In this document: positions 9,398 to 19,753 of the stretch, piece by piece
Layout: the number at the start of each line of letters is the position of its first letter
Position numbering within the stretch: position 1 is the stretch's first letter
From: Candidatus Marsarchaeota archaeon
Lineage (GTDB): Archaea > Micrarchaeota > Micrarchaeia > Micrarchaeales > CABMGC01
Length of the DNA stretch: 64,000 bases
Direction: 5' to 3'
Assembly: GCA_023379055.1 (NCBI GenBank)
Contig: JAMCSX010000017.1
Location: 35,868-99,867, forward strand
Notes under the pieces: generated by a model
The model's input: the letters and a program-made list of their open reading frames with translations, nothing else
The model's database searches: none
What the model was told of the DNA's origin: nothing
Program-made: the position numbers and the translations under genes

Positions 9398-9907
9398 ATG
9401 GGCATAGTGGATATATTCATGCGCAACAGGAAGTTTGTGAATTGCAGCCTTAATAGTTTGGAGGAGTATTCGCGCATCCTCTCAGGGAGGATAATAGCGG
9501 GAAATGGAAAACCGGATGCAATAGTATACATAGAGAGAGGAGGCATGGTGATAGGCAGACTACTTAGCGATGCGCTTGGTGTAAAGCGTGTTGCAGGAAT
9601 AAATGCAAGCTATTACAGAGGTATTGGGAAAAAGGCGCACAGCGTGTCTGTAGGCGAGGTGCCGAGACTTGGAAGAAAAGGCGGATACCTGTTGCTTGTC
9701 GACGATATAGCAGACACCGGAAAGACGCTTAAGAAGGTATCTGCCCGAATAGCAAGGAGGCATGGCGGAAAGGTGCTCACATGTACGGTATTCTACAAGC
9801 CAAGATCTGAGGTGAGGCCAGACTTCTATGTGAAGGAGATAGGCAATGACAGATGGATTGTCTTCGAATATGAGAAGCGCGAATTCGATTACCTGAGGCA
9901 CAGATAA
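9398..9907 (+). CDS. purine phosphoribosyltransferase family protein
   Basis: Carries the PRPP-binding motif [14 protein letters not shown]. The start is moved to the Met at 9398, just after the rpiB stop (ORF-track start 9371). Confidence 0.7.
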   Translation: MGIVDIFMRNRKFVNCSLNSLEEYSRILSGRIIAGNGKPDAIVYIERGGMVIGRLLSDALGVKRVAGINASYYRGIGKKAHSVSVGEVPRLGRKGGYLLLVDDIADTGKTLKKVSARIARRHGGKVLTCTVFYKPRSEVRPDFYVKEIGNDRWIVFEYEKREFDYLRHR

Positions 9908-9909
9908 TC

Positions 9910-10191
9910 TTGATGTATACGTTTGTAGTGCATGGTGTAGTGCAGGGCGTAGGGTATCGCGCATTTGTAAGGGAGGTTGCAGAAAGGCTCGGAATATCAG
10001 GCGCAGTGAAGAACAGCGACGATGGGTCGGTTTTCGTTCTTGCTGAGGGAAGCGAAGATGCGCTGGGACGGTTTGGGAAGGCCATAGACATATCCACGGC
10101 ACGCGGAGTACAGGTTATGAAAATTGAGAGGCATAAGGGCAACCTTTTGCCGGAGTGCGGAATTATCGCAGGATTCAGGATAATCTGGTAG
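9910..10191 (+). CDS. acyP: acylphosphatase
   Basis: 93 aa. [14 protein letters not shown] plus [17 protein letters not shown] are the two acylphosphatase signatures. Confidence 0.85.
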   Translation: MMYTFVVHGVVQGVGYRAFVREVAERLGISGAVKNSDDGSVFVLAEGSEDALGRFGKAIDISTARGVQVMKIERHKGNLLPECGIIAGFRIIW

Positions 10192-10252
10192 CGGAGTGCG
10201 TTGGAAGGGATAAAAGGGAAGCCTGACGTTAAAAAGGGCGCCAATTCCGTCC

Positions 10253-11563
10253 TTATATGTTGTATGCAGAGGCTAGCTGCGGATGATACACCTCGTATTT
10301 TTCCTTGAGGGATGCCTGAAGCTCCTTTGACCTTTCAGGTTCACCATGCACTATGAATATGCGCTTCAGGCCCTTTATCCTTCCCATAAGGGACATGAGC
10401 TGCTGCCGGTCAGCATGCGCAGAGAGGTTGTACTTCTCGACCTTCATGTTGAACTGCACCTTCCTTCCTTCTATCATCACAGACTTTGCGCCTTCAAGTA
10501 TCTGCCTTCCCAATGTCCCTTCTGCCTGGTATCCGACAAATATGAGCTTATTCTCGCTGTTGCTTGCCAGACGCTCCAGGTACCTCAACACGGGACCGCC
10601 GGTCAGCATGCCGCTTGTCGTCACTATCAGTGCCGCATCGCCGCGCGCCATTATCCTGCTTCTCGTCTGCTTCGTCATCACGTTGTGGAAGTTGACGCTC
10701 TTGAATGGATCGTCGTCGTTCATCAGTATCCTCTTCTGCAGCTCGTCCCTGCAGTATATGACATTGTGCCTGTGAATCCGCATTGCCTTTCCGATCATGC
10801 CATCCATGTATAGGTTTATCTTTGGCATTAGGCCGGATTTTATGTAATCGTCGAGTATCAGCAGTACCTCCTGTGCCCTTCCAACACCAAAGCTCGGTAT
10901 TATTATCTTTCCACCCTGGTTTATTGTATCCTTTATGCTTGTCAGCATTGTATCGAGCACTTTTTTCTCTGGCTGGAACACGTCCTTGTCACCGCCATAT
11001 GTAGATTCTGTTATTAGGGTATCTGCGCTAAGCCCTTCGGTCCGGGCAGGATCAAGCAGTTTCGTAGTCCTCATGTTTATATCGCCGGTGTATATTATGC
11101 TGTGCCTTGAATCGCTTACCCGTATCATTGCGCTTCCGAGAATGTGGCCCGCCGGAAGCAGCCATAATGACAGGTCCTTTATCCTGAACTCCTCGTTGTA
11201 TCCCACAAGCTTGCAGTGCGTCTGCATGCCCGACATCCCCTCCTTTGTAACGTTGTCGGGATTTGATATGCGCATGTAGTCGCTGACGAGCACGTTGGTA
11301 AGCTCGAATGTCGGCTTTGTCATGTATGTTGACTTGGAGTATCCTGCGGAATATACGTGGGGAAGATATCCCGAATGGTCAAGATGTGCGTGACTTATGA
11401 CTATGCCGTCAAGCGTCCTTATTTCATCGTCGGTTATCAGCGGGTACTCCACCTGCTTCCCGAGTTTTATGCCTGCATCAAGGAGTATCTTTGCCTTGTC
11501 GCTTTCTATCATGATGCAGCTTCTGCCCACCTCGTTGGCGGCTCCAAAAAAAGTGATCCTCAA
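10253..11563 (-). CDS. beta-CASP metallo-beta-lactamase ribonuclease (aCPSF2-like, no KH domains)
   Basis: 436 aa. HAHLDHSGYLP (HxHxDH) plus a beta-CASP C-terminal half ending in HGE. Confidence 0.85.
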   Translation of the reverse strand: MRITFFGAANEVGRSCIMIESDKAKILLDAGIKLGKQVEYPLITDDEIRTLDGIVISHAHLDHSGYLPHVYSAGYSKSTYMTKPTFELTNVLVSDYMRISNPDNVTKEGMSGMQTHCKLVGYNEEFRIKDLSLWLLPAGHILGSAMIRVSDSRHSIIYTGDINMRTTKLLDPARTEGLSADTLITESTYGGDKDVFQPEKKVLDTMLTSIKDTINQGGKIIIPSFGVGRAQEVLLILDDYIKSGLMPKINLYMDGMIGKAMRIHRHNVIYCRDELQKRILMNDDDPFKSVNFHNVMTKQTRSRIMARGDAALIVTTSGMLTGGPVLRYLERLASNSENKLIFVGYQAEGTLGRQILEGAKSVMIEGRKVQFNMKVEKYNLSAHADRQQLMSLMGRIKGLKRIFIVHGEPERSKELQASLKEKYEVYHPQLASAYNI

Positions 11564-12189
11564 TTCAGCACCGATTCGTCAAACTCCGTGTCTTCCTTCT
11601 TCTCGTCTTTCTTCTCCTTCATTATGGCTATGTCAGCGAAGCTTATCTCCTGCTTATTGTGTTCTTCCCTGTGCTGCTGCTTACCGCCAGGCTTGGACTT
11701 TCTCTTCGTCTCCCCGGTAAGCGACCGGAGATTTGAATAAAGCTCGTCAAGCCGCTTGCCTGAGACCTTTATCCTTGCCTCGGCTTCATCTATTCTCTTG
11801 TTAAGCTCGATTATGTCCCCTTCTATAAACTCGAGCTTTTTCCTGAGCCTGTAGCTCTTCAGTGCCTGCCCGAATTCCCTCTCAACCTCGTTCTTCTTCC
11901 TTATGAGATCCTTCTCGGCCTCCAGCGTGAACGCCTCGGTAGCTATCCTGAATTCAAGCTGCTCCTTCTTCTTCCTTAAAAAGCCTATATTCTTCGTGTG
12001 CGATTTGCTTATCTCGGATAGTTGGGATATTGCCTGCTTGTCTGCCAGCTTGTATGCCAGCCTGTTCCTGGCAGATCTTGAATCGTGTATGTAATTTGAC
12101 CGTTTCTGCTTCTCTTCGTCTATAGCGGCCTTGAGTATGTCTACAGGCGACTTTGGACCCTGTGCCTTGGCATGGGCTGGCGCTGACAC
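11560..12189 (-). CDS. conserved archaeal coiled-coil protein, function unknown
   Basis: 209 aa, Lys/Glu/Arg-rich with heptad-like periodicity. It overlaps the beta-CASP gene by 4 nt. It resembles the COG1340-type archaeal coiled-coil family (from memory). Confidence 0.65.
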   Translation of the reverse strand: MSAPAHAKAQGPKSPVDILKAAIDEEKQKRSNYIHDSRSARNRLAYKLADKQAISQLSEISKSHTKNIGFLRKKKEQLEFRIATEAFTLEAEKDLIRKKNEVEREFGQALKSYRLRKKLEFIEGDIIELNKRIDEAEARIKVSGKRLDELYSNLRSLTGETKRKSKPGGKQQHREEHNKQEISFADIAIMKEKKDEKKEDTEFDESVLN

Positions 12190-12281
12190 ATCCTTGCTTG
12201 CAGATGCAGGATCCGCATCCTGCTTCGGCGCATGGGCAGGTTTCTCTGACGCAACCCCATTATTAACAGTGCCTTCATCGC

Positions 12282-13457
12282 TCAGTAAATCGCCTTCTTT
12301 GATAAGACCAGATTATAAACATCTATCAACGTGTCCGCCACTTTTTCTTTGGAGAATTCTGCAGCAGTCCTTATTGCGTTTTCTTTATAATGGCCGGTGC
12401 TATTTAAAACCTTTTCTATCTTCCTTGCACACTCGGTATAATCTCCGGGCCTGAATTTTTCGCCGTTCTCCCCGTTTTTTATCAGTTCGGCTATAGCAAG
12501 ATAGTCTGCTCCGACCACAGGCTTGCCCATGGCCATGGCCTCGAGAAGTACTATCCCCTGGGTCTCGAACGTCGATGGAAGGCAGAATACGTCAGATGCT
12601 GCGTACACCGAGGGAAGCATATCCGCTGTGACAAATCCCAGAAACGTGGTATTTGCAGAGATGCCCATGCGCCTGGCCATTGCCGTGTAATAATGCTCTG
12701 CTGGTCCGGTGCCGCCTATCAGCAGCCTTATGTTCTTGTTCTTACTCGCCAGAAGCCTTACCGCCCTGAGCAGAACTTCGAGCTTCTTCTCCCTGCTCAG
12801 TCTCCCGAGATAAAGGATTACCCTTTCCCTGCCGTTAATGCCATAGCGTCTTCTTACCGTGACCCCGCTAATGTTTGGATTGAGGGCTCGGGTATCAACG
12901 CCATTTGGTACGACACTCAGCTTGGATATGCCATAACCGTGCAGAATGCTCCTTACGGTCTCTGATGGGGCTATGACACGGTCGCAGCTGTTATAGAATA
13001 CTTTCATGTATGCAGTAAGTGAATCTGTTGCAATTCTTCTAAGGTGCCTGTTCTTAGGGTAATATGTATCCACTATGGGTTTGTTTGTGACCATTGTATG
13101 AAACGTGCTTACAAACGGTATCCTCAAAAGCTTGGATGCCATGAGGCCGGCAAAGCCCATTACCATCGGAGTCTGCGCGTGTATTATGTCTATATCAAGG
13201 CCGCTTAGCCGAAATATAGAGTTATATGGGAATAATGCAACATTGTACTGGGGATATGGCCTGAATTTCACTCCAGGATATAGGAATACATTTTTTTTAG
13301 AGTAGGTCCGTATATTCTTTGAATCGGAGCTTGCGAATATGTATACATTGTGGCCCTTTCTCTCAAGTTCATCCTTGAAATTCAGGGTTGATGTTACGAC
13401 ACCGTCAACACCAGGCAGATATACGTCAGTGTAAAAAGCTATGTTAAGCCTGCGCAT
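12282..13457 (-). CDS. glycosyltransferase, GT-B fold (family 4)
   Basis: 391 aa. The C-terminal sugar-donor region PSTFETQGIVLLEAMAMGKPVV is typical of GT4 enzymes. Confidence 0.8.
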   Translation of the reverse strand: MRRLNIAFYTDVYLPGVDGVVTSTLNFKDELERKGHNVYIFASSDSKNIRTYSKKNVFLYPGVKFRPYPQYNVALFPYNSIFRLSGLDIDIIHAQTPMVMGFAGLMASKLLRIPFVSTFHTMVTNKPIVDTYYPKNRHLRRIATDSLTAYMKVFYNSCDRVIAPSETVRSILHGYGISKLSVVPNGVDTRALNPNISGVTVRRRYGINGRERVILYLGRLSREKKLEVLLRAVRLLASKNKNIRLLIGGTGPAEHYYTAMARRMGISANTTFLGFVTADMLPSVYAASDVFCLPSTFETQGIVLLEAMAMGKPVVGADYLAIAELIKNGENGEKFRPGDYTECARKIEKVLNSTGHYKENAIRTAAEFSKEKVADTLIDVYNLVLSKKAIY

Positions 13458-13465
13458 GAATACAC

Positions 13466-13852
13466 TTAGACCTGTATTGCTTCCCCTCCAGCGCTTTTAA
13501 TCTTCTCCTGTGCAGATTTCGAGAACCCGCCCGCAGTTATCTTTATGGGTTTTGATATTGAACCTCCGCCGAGTATCTTGTATTCCCTAAGCTCTATCTC
13601 CCCTTTTCCGCCAGCGGCAGCTTCCACATAATCAAGGTTGACTACATTTTGTTTTGATTTATGCCAGGGAGTGAAGCCTGACTTTGACATCCTCTCCCGC
13701 TCATATTTCACTATTCTGGTGAATTTGTGCTTCTTTCCTGCCCTGCCAACCCCGCCCCTGCTTCCGGAACCCCTTCTGTTCTTTATGTTCCCTGCGCCCC
13801 ACCTCCTGGTGCCGAGAAACTTTCTTGCCCTTTTTTCATACCTAAGCGACAT
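13466..13852 (-). CDS. rpl15: 50S ribosomal protein uL15
   Basis: 128 aa. RRGSGSRGGVGRAGKKHKF and the C-terminal KILGGG...ITAGGFSKSA match the uL15 pattern. Confidence 0.9.
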   Translation of the reverse strand: MSLRYEKRARKFLGTRRWGAGNIKNRRGSGSRGGVGRAGKKHKFTRIVKYERERMSKSGFTPWHKSKQNVVNLDYVEAAAGGKGEIELREYKILGGGSISKPIKITAGGFSKSAQEKIKSAGGEAIQV

Positions 13853-13854
13853 AA

Positions 13855-14280
13855 CTACACCATCCTTTCAAGCAGTCTGCTGATCTCTTCCCCACGGTAT
13901 CCGAGTGCCCCGCCATGCAGGAAATTATGCTTTATTCCCCCGTATCCGTGTTTTGGAGGCCTTAAGCGGATCGGAATGCTTATCACGGCCTTCGGATTCT
14001 TCTTTCCTGATGCAATGGCATCCGCCTCGCCCTTTGCCTTGTCGCCTCCCTTCTCTGAGAGTAACCGCTCAAGCATGTCCTTTCTTATCTCCCCGTATGT
14101 GACGAAATCGCCAACCTTCTTGATCATACCTATATTTGACCTTGTGCCGTATATAAGTACAAGATTGTTTACCCTCTCAAGATTAAGTCGCTTCATTGTT
14201 TCGTTCAGTTCCCTTCTTACGCCCATACTTCCGCGTACTCTTACAACTGCAAGAAGCTTGTTCTCAAGATCGGACTTCAT
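13855..14280 (-). CDS. rpl30: 50S ribosomal protein uL30
   Basis: 141 aa. LAVVRVRGSMGVRRELNETMKRLNL is typical of uL30. It lies directly upstream of rpl15. Confidence 0.9.
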   Translation of the reverse strand: MKSDLENKLLAVVRVRGSMGVRRELNETMKRLNLERVNNLVLIYGTRSNIGMIKKVGDFVTYGEIRKDMLERLLSEKGGDKAKGEADAIASGKKNPKAVISIPIRLRPPKHGYGGIKHNFLHGGALGYRGEEISRLLERMV

Positions 14281-14441
14281 AGACTAATACCTTGTAAATC
14301 ATACTTATTTAATTCAAAAAGCTTTTTAAGATTACCGAATTACAGCCTGCCACTGCGCACGCCACTGCAGCCGTTATTTATTACCAGAAAGCTTTAAAAG
14401 AGCCTGATGGCATAAATTAGTATCGTGGTAAAAAGGATTTT

Positions 14442-15269
14442 ATGATGACCAATCAAAAAACGCCACCGGAAGCCCCCAACCTTCAGTTGGGAGGAGATGT
14501 CACGAGGAATATAATTTTTGGCATACTTGCCCTGTGCCTTATGTCTGCAAATGTCATGGCCTCAATGAGCGTAACGTACATAAACACTACGGCAGTGCTA
14601 AATAGGACCACAAGCGCAAAGATAGTGGAGACAGTGCTCATAAATATAAGCAACTCATCCATAAACCAGTACCTTCAGGACAGGCAGGCGATAAACCTTA
14701 CTCTTGGCGGCTGGGGCAGGGTGCTGCACACGCAGTCCCTAATACAGCAAGTGTTCAACCCCAATTCAAGCATATCGAACTTCACGCTGCTGCCTGGGCC
14801 CATAATAGGCAATGCAGGATATGGAGGGTATGCAAAGCTTACAATGATATACACTGCATATAACATAACGACTATAAGGAATGTGGGCCCGAGGAAATTT
14901 GACTACTCGTTCAACAGCCAGTCGCTCAACTTTGAGCATACGGCAAGCGGCGAAGCGCTTCCGCAGAACACGCGCTTCAATATAATCATACCGAAAGGCA
15001 TCGAAGTTGTGTCGGTATATCCCGAACCAGATTATCCGTATCCGAATTTTGGTGGCAACTACAACAACGTAACCATGTTTTCATGGTATGCAGGCGAGCC
15101 GCTCTCGAAGTTCACTTTCTCGTACATAGTAATGCAATCACTTCAGGATGAGGTTATAAGCTACTTCTCCGGAGTTTATGCAACATATACGCAACAGATA
15201 TATTTGCTGGCAATAATACTGGCAGGCGTGCTTTCGATTTATATATATTCAAAGGTATTTGCAGAGTAG
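14442..15269 (+). CDS. secreted/membrane-anchored hypothetical protein, N-glycosylation-sequon rich
   Basis: 275 aa with an N-terminal signal/anchor (IIFGILALCLMSANVMAS), a C-terminal TM (IYLLAIILAGVLSIYIY) and 8 N-x-S/T sequons. I recognise no family. Confidence 0.6.
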   Translation: MMTNQKTPPEAPNLQLGGDVTRNIIFGILALCLMSANVMASMSVTYINTTAVLNRTTSAKIVETVLINISNSSINQYLQDRQAINLTLGGWGRVLHTQSLIQQVFNPNSSISNFTLLPGPIIGNAGYGGYAKLTMIYTAYNITTIRNVGPRKFDYSFNSQSLNFEHTASGEALPQNTRFNIIIPKGIEVVSVYPEPDYPYPNFGGNYNNVTMFSWYAGEPLSKFTFSYIVMQSLQDEVISYFSGVYATYTQQIYLLAIILAGVLSIYIYSKVFAE

Positions 15270-15280
15270 GTGCGTTTCCG

Positions 15281-16744
15281 TTGCACAGATATGAATTGTT
15301 GTTATTGAAAGCGCTGGTAAAGAAGCCGAGCATGAGCCTTGAAGAGCTTGAATCTGCATCCGGTCTTGGAAGGGCTGAGGCAATGTGGGCTCTGGAGAAC
15401 CTCAAAGCCAGAGGGCTGGTCGAGGTGACATATTCGCAGAGGGACAGGCTGACGCTAAGCGGAGAGGGGCGGGAGTATGCGGAAAAGGGATTGCCAGAGG
15501 AGAGACTGCTCAGGAGGCTTGCAGAAGAGGAGGTAAGGGCAGCAGCCCTTAATTCAGAATCTGAAAAGATAGGCTTGCAGTGGGCAAAAAGGCTTGGACT
15601 CGTAACAATAGAGGGCGGGATGGTCAGGATCACCGAATCTGGGGTAAAGGCAGCGTCTGCTGGCGTGGCAGACGGAAGGACGCTTAGATCCATATCTGCA
15701 GGTTCTTACAAGCCAGGTGCCGGAGATGACGTGGCAAATCTGGTCAAGAGGGGGCTTGTGGAGTCGAAGACGCAGAGACATATAGACGGAATAATAATAA
15801 CTGACGCCGGAAGGGCGGAGGATACCTCGGGAAACGATGAGATAGACGCGGTAGACAGGAACACAATAACAAACGGGACGTGGAAGGAGCGGGGATTCAA
15901 GAGATACGATGTCAGCGTGGATATTGAAAGGCAGGCGCCTGCAATGCGCCATCCGGTAAAGAGATTGATAGAGAAGATGCGCGACACATATATTAGCATG
16001 GGATTCAAGGAGATATCAGGGCCTGCAGTAGAATCGTCTTTTTGGGTGTTTGATGCCCTGTTCGTTCCGCAGGACCACCCAGCGCGTGATGCACAGGATA
16101 CGTTCTACATATCAAACCTTGAGAATGAGCTATTCGGTGGACTGTCATACGTTAAGACTGTCAGGAAGGCGCATCAGAAGGGGTGGAATGCGACGTGGAG
16201 CGAGGAGGTTGCAGGGCAGAGGCTTCTAAGGACCCACACCACAAGCGTATCTGCGCGTCACATGTATAGGATAATAGATGATATAAAGAAAAACCCGAAT
16301 AAATATGAGCTTCCGGTTAAGTTATTCTCCATAGGCAGGGTATTCAGAAACGAGGCAGTGGATTACAGGCATCTTGCTGATTTCTACCAGCATGACGGGA
16401 TAATTATAGGCAAGGACCTTACGCTCTCCAACCTATTTGATACCTTAAGAAGGATATACAGGTCAATTGGCATTGACATAAAATTCAAGCCGTCATATTT
16501 TCCATTCGTAGAACCCGGGGTGGAGTTTATGTCGTACTCTGACAAAACAAAGGAGTGGATAGAGATGGGAGGGGCAGGCATGATAAGGGAGGAGATAACA
16601 GGCGTGAAAAGGAACAGGCTGACAGTGCTTGCCTGGGGCCCTGGAATGGAGAGGATATTGCTGATAAGGGATCCAAGCATTTCAGGCATATCCGAATTGT
16701 ACAATAACGGGCTTGGATGGCTGAGAGATAGGAGAGGTGTATGA
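15281..16744 (+). CDS. pheS: phenylalanine--tRNA ligase alpha subunit
   Basis: 487 aa. Class II motifs FVPQDHPARD, RTHTTSV and GPGMERIL are present. The ORF-track start is a TTG codon, so the true start is uncertain. Confidence 0.9.
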   Translation: MHRYELLLLKALVKKPSMSLEELESASGLGRAEAMWALENLKARGLVEVTYSQRDRLTLSGEGREYAEKGLPEERLLRRLAEEEVRAAALNSESEKIGLQWAKRLGLVTIEGGMVRITESGVKAASAGVADGRTLRSISAGSYKPGAGDDVANLVKRGLVESKTQRHIDGIIITDAGRAEDTSGNDEIDAVDRNTITNGTWKERGFKRYDVSVDIERQAPAMRHPVKRLIEKMRDTYISMGFKEISGPAVESSFWVFDALFVPQDHPARDAQDTFYISNLENELFGGLSYVKTVRKAHQKGWNATWSEEVAGQRLLRTHTTSVSARHMYRIIDDIKKNPNKYELPVKLFSIGRVFRNEAVDYRHLADFYQHDGIIIGKDLTLSNLFDTLRRIYRSIGIDIKFKPSYFPFVEPGVEFMSYSDKTKEWIEMGGAGMIREEITGVKRNRLTVLAWGPGMERILLIRDPSISGISELYNNGLGWLRDRRGV

Positions 16745-18398
16745 TCTGCCAGTAATATCATTCGATAAAAAGTACCTGTATGGGCTTATAGGAGAGGGAA
16801 TTGACGACGACAAGTTCTCCGAGCAGGTATCCAAGCTAGGTTTTGGGGTTGAGGAGATCAGCAAGGAAAGCATAACTGTGGAGCTCACGGCAAACAGACT
16901 TGATCTGCTCGATGCAGTGGGACTTGCAAGGTCACTCAGGAACTTTATGCACAAAAGTAAGAGATTCGTATATGAGATAGCTGACAAAGATCCTGGACTT
17001 GAGATTAAGGTTGATAGAAGCGTCAGGCAGGTAAGGCCATTCATAGCAGGCATTGTAGCCAGGAGAGTGAAACTGGACGAGCAGGCCTTGGTAAACCTGA
17101 TAAACTTCTCCGAGAAGTTTTGCGAGACATATGGCAGGGATAGGCGGAAGATAGCAATAGGCATGCACAACCTCGACGCGGTAAAACCCGGACTCACATA
17201 TAGATGCTCAAAGGAGGGCAGGTTCGTTGCGCTTGGAGAGAGGGACGAATCAAGCTACAGCAGCATAATCGAGACACTTGACAAAGGGAGGCAGTATTCG
17301 GGCCTTGTTAAGGGCAGGAAAGGCAACGTTTATCCCGAACTGATTGACGGCGAGGGGGCCATAGCATTGATTCCGGTAATAAACTCTGAAAGGACAAGGG
17401 TCACTGCAGAGACAAAAAACATGTTTGTAGATATAACTGGAACTTCCGCATACGCGGCAAACAAGGTATCAGAGCTGCTTGCATCCACATTTATAGACAT
17501 GGGTGCAGACGTAAAGAGAGTGAGGGTAGATTACGGCAAAAAGCAGGTTGACACCCCGATACTGGACACCAGGTACATAACCATCCCCGTAGTAAGGGCA
17601 GAGAGGGAGATAGGTGTTCGGATAGGATACAACAATGTGATATCTTTGGCAAACAAGATGGGGTATGAGGCAGCGCTTGTGGATAGAAAGGTGAGGTTTA
17701 GGGTACCGGAATACAGGCTGGACGTCATAGGAGAGCAGGACGTGATAGAGGATCTTGCAATAGCGTATGGATATGACTACATTAACCCCAAGCCCATCTA
17801 CTATGCTGAAAACGGGGAGCTCGAGGAAGAGACGAAATTCAACAGGACAGTAGCAGAGATAATGACAGGGCTTGGGTTCTCTGAATTCGCAAACTCGTAT
17901 CTTACCAATGATGACTACAACTTTGATAGGCCAAGAATAAAGCGTGATGGAAGTGCCGTCGTGATTAAAAACCCGAAGACCGAGGCGATATCAATAATGC
18001 GAACGTGGATCCTGCCTTCCATCCTGAGGGATCTCTCAATGTCTGCAAACGACAGGACACCGCAGAATGTGTTTGAATTGGACCTCGCATTCAAAGTGGA
18101 CAGAAGGGCAGCAAAGGAATCATATCATCTTGCAGCGGCTTCCCTGGATCCGAAGGCAAACTTCAACAACATAAAGGCTACGGTAGAAGGACTGCTTTAT
18201 GCGCTTGGGGTAAAATATGACATAACAGAACAATCACACGGCAGTTTCATAGAAGGCAGATGCGCGGATATAAGAATAAACGGAAAGAACGCAGGAGTGT
18301 TTGGAGAGATACATCCGGAAGTACTTAAGAACTTCGGGCTGGAGGAAGCAGCGGTGGCTTTCGAAATGGATGTAGCTGCGCTGATGCCTAAGAGCTGA
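16737..18398 (+). CDS. pheT: phenylalanine--tRNA ligase beta subunit
   Basis: 553 aa with archaeal PheRS-beta layout. It overlaps pheS by 8 nt. Confidence 0.9.
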   Translation: MYDLPVISFDKKYLYGLIGEGIDDDKFSEQVSKLGFGVEEISKESITVELTANRLDLLDAVGLARSLRNFMHKSKRFVYEIADKDPGLEIKVDRSVRQVRPFIAGIVARRVKLDEQALVNLINFSEKFCETYGRDRRKIAIGMHNLDAVKPGLTYRCSKEGRFVALGERDESSYSSIIETLDKGRQYSGLVKGRKGNVYPELIDGEGAIALIPVINSERTRVTAETKNMFVDITGTSAYAANKVSELLASTFIDMGADVKRVRVDYGKKQVDTPILDTRYITIPVVRAEREIGVRIGYNNVISLANKMGYEAALVDRKVRFRVPEYRLDVIGEQDVIEDLAIAYGYDYINPKPIYYAENGELEEETKFNRTVAEIMTGLGFSEFANSYLTNDDYNFDRPRIKRDGSAVVIKNPKTEAISIMRTWILPSILRDLSMSANDRTPQNVFELDLAFKVDRRAAKESYHLAAASLDPKANFNNIKATVEGLLYALGVKYDITEQSHGSFIEGRCADIRINGKNAGVFGEIHPEVLKNFGLEEAAVAFEMDVAALMPKS

Positions 18399-19620
18399 AC
18401 CTTGAATATTTGGAGATGGCAGCAACCTCGTCTTTTTCAAGCAGATAGCGCGAATACATGAAATCACGCACGGCATCTTCGCCGTATGATTTTATTGCGA
18501 TGTTGACCATGGCGCTGAACAATACAAGATGCTCATTTATTATTGTCTTCTTGTTTGCATGCAGATAAGAAGATAACTTGAGCGCGATCGCGCTTATGGC
18601 ATCCCTGCCCTTCTTAGTTTTGCTCATTCTGCTTATTCTTGCAGGGAATGCGTACTGTGCAAGCATGCTTACGTTGCCATTGCTTGCAAGAGAGACTCCG
18701 GAGGACATGAGAACGCTGGAATATCGCATATAACCGTAGTAGCTCGTTCTGGATGCCATCTCGTTGAACATGCTTGCACGTGAAAGATTATCGAATGCCT
18801 CGTATATGCAATATTTTGACAGGTACTTGCCAGGTATGTTCTGACCTATCCAGTTCAGCATCATGTCAAGTGCTATGTCTGTGGATGACAATGCGCTCCT
18901 TGCAATCTCAAAGTCTGACGAGAGGAATATCCTGTCAAGCACTTTGAATATCTCGACCTTCCGGTTCCTTACGCCAAGGAATTCCATGAGATCGGGGCTG
19001 GCATTGATCATCATGTCCAGATCATTAAGTGCGCCGCGTATGTCCCCGTTGCTTCTGTCGGCGATCTCCTGGAGTATCGCCTTATCAACAGTCTTCTTCT
19101 CACTTAGCAGTATCCTCTCCATAAGTCCCATTATCTGCGCGCTGTCGGGTCTCTTGAACTCTATCTTCTCAACATTGTCCCTTAGAAAGGATACTTTCCT
19201 GTTCCAATAGTCGTTGGCTATGAAGATTATGGGATGGCGCGATTCCCTAATGAGCTTCAGTATCACGGATTCGCAACCCGAATCGGCCCTAGACGACAGC
19301 TCGTCTATTTCGTCGAATAGTATGAGACACTTCTTTGAGAAGAGGCTTCGAGTAGTGCCAAGCGGTACCACTCGCGTCCTTAGACTCTCGGCATCCCTGT
19401 AGTCGCTTGCATTCAACTCTATGAGCTCAAGCCCATTTGAATAGGCAAATGCATGCGCTGCGGTGGTCTTGCCTGTGCCGGAAGGCCCGCATATCATGAC
19501 CGGCCTTACCCTGTTTCCCTTGAGTACCTCGCTTCCCAGATCCAACATCCTCTTCCTTGCAAGACCATTGGATAATATGCCATTTATAGTGAATGGGGTA
19601 TACTTTTCGCATAATGACAT
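18388..19620 (-). CDS. rfcL: replication factor C large subunit (AAA+ clamp loader)
   Basis: Walker A GPSGTGKTT and Walker B LILFDEIDEL are present. The start is placed at MSLCEKYTP (19620; ORF-track start 19641). Confidence 0.85.
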   Translation of the reverse strand: MSLCEKYTPFTINGILSNGLARKRMLDLGSEVLKGNRVRPVMICGPSGTGKTTAAHAFAYSNGLELIELNASDYRDAESLRTRVVPLGTTRSLFSKKCLILFDEIDELSSRADSGCESVILKLIRESRHPIIFIANDYWNRKVSFLRDNVEKIEFKRPDSAQIMGLMERILLSEKKTVDKAILQEIADRSNGDIRGALNDLDMMINASPDLMEFLGVRNRKVEIFKVLDRIFLSSDFEIARSALSSTDIALDMMLNWIGQNIPGKYLSKYCIYEAFDNLSRASMFNEMASRTSYYGYMRYSSVLMSSGVSLASNGNVSMLAQYAFPARISRMSKTKKGRDAISAIALKLSSYLHANKKTIINEHLVLFSAMVNIAIKSYGEDAVRDFMYSRYLLEKDEVAAISKYSRFSS

Positions 19621-19678
19621 TAAGATCACACAGATTAGCAACTATTATATTAGTATTGAGATACATAAATCTTTTGTT

Positions 19679-19753
19679 GCTCCGATCATCTAGTCCGGTC
19701 AAGGATGCAGGCCTCTCACGTCTGAAACCCGGGTTCAAATCCCGGTCGGAGCA
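19679..19753 (+). tRNA. tRNA-Glu (anticodon CUC)
   Basis: Hand-folded cloverleaf. Acceptor GCTCCGA/TCGGAGC, D arm ATCT..GGAT, anticodon arm CAGGC-CTCTCAC-GTCTG, T arm CCGGG-TTCAAAT-CCCGG. Confidence 0.85.
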
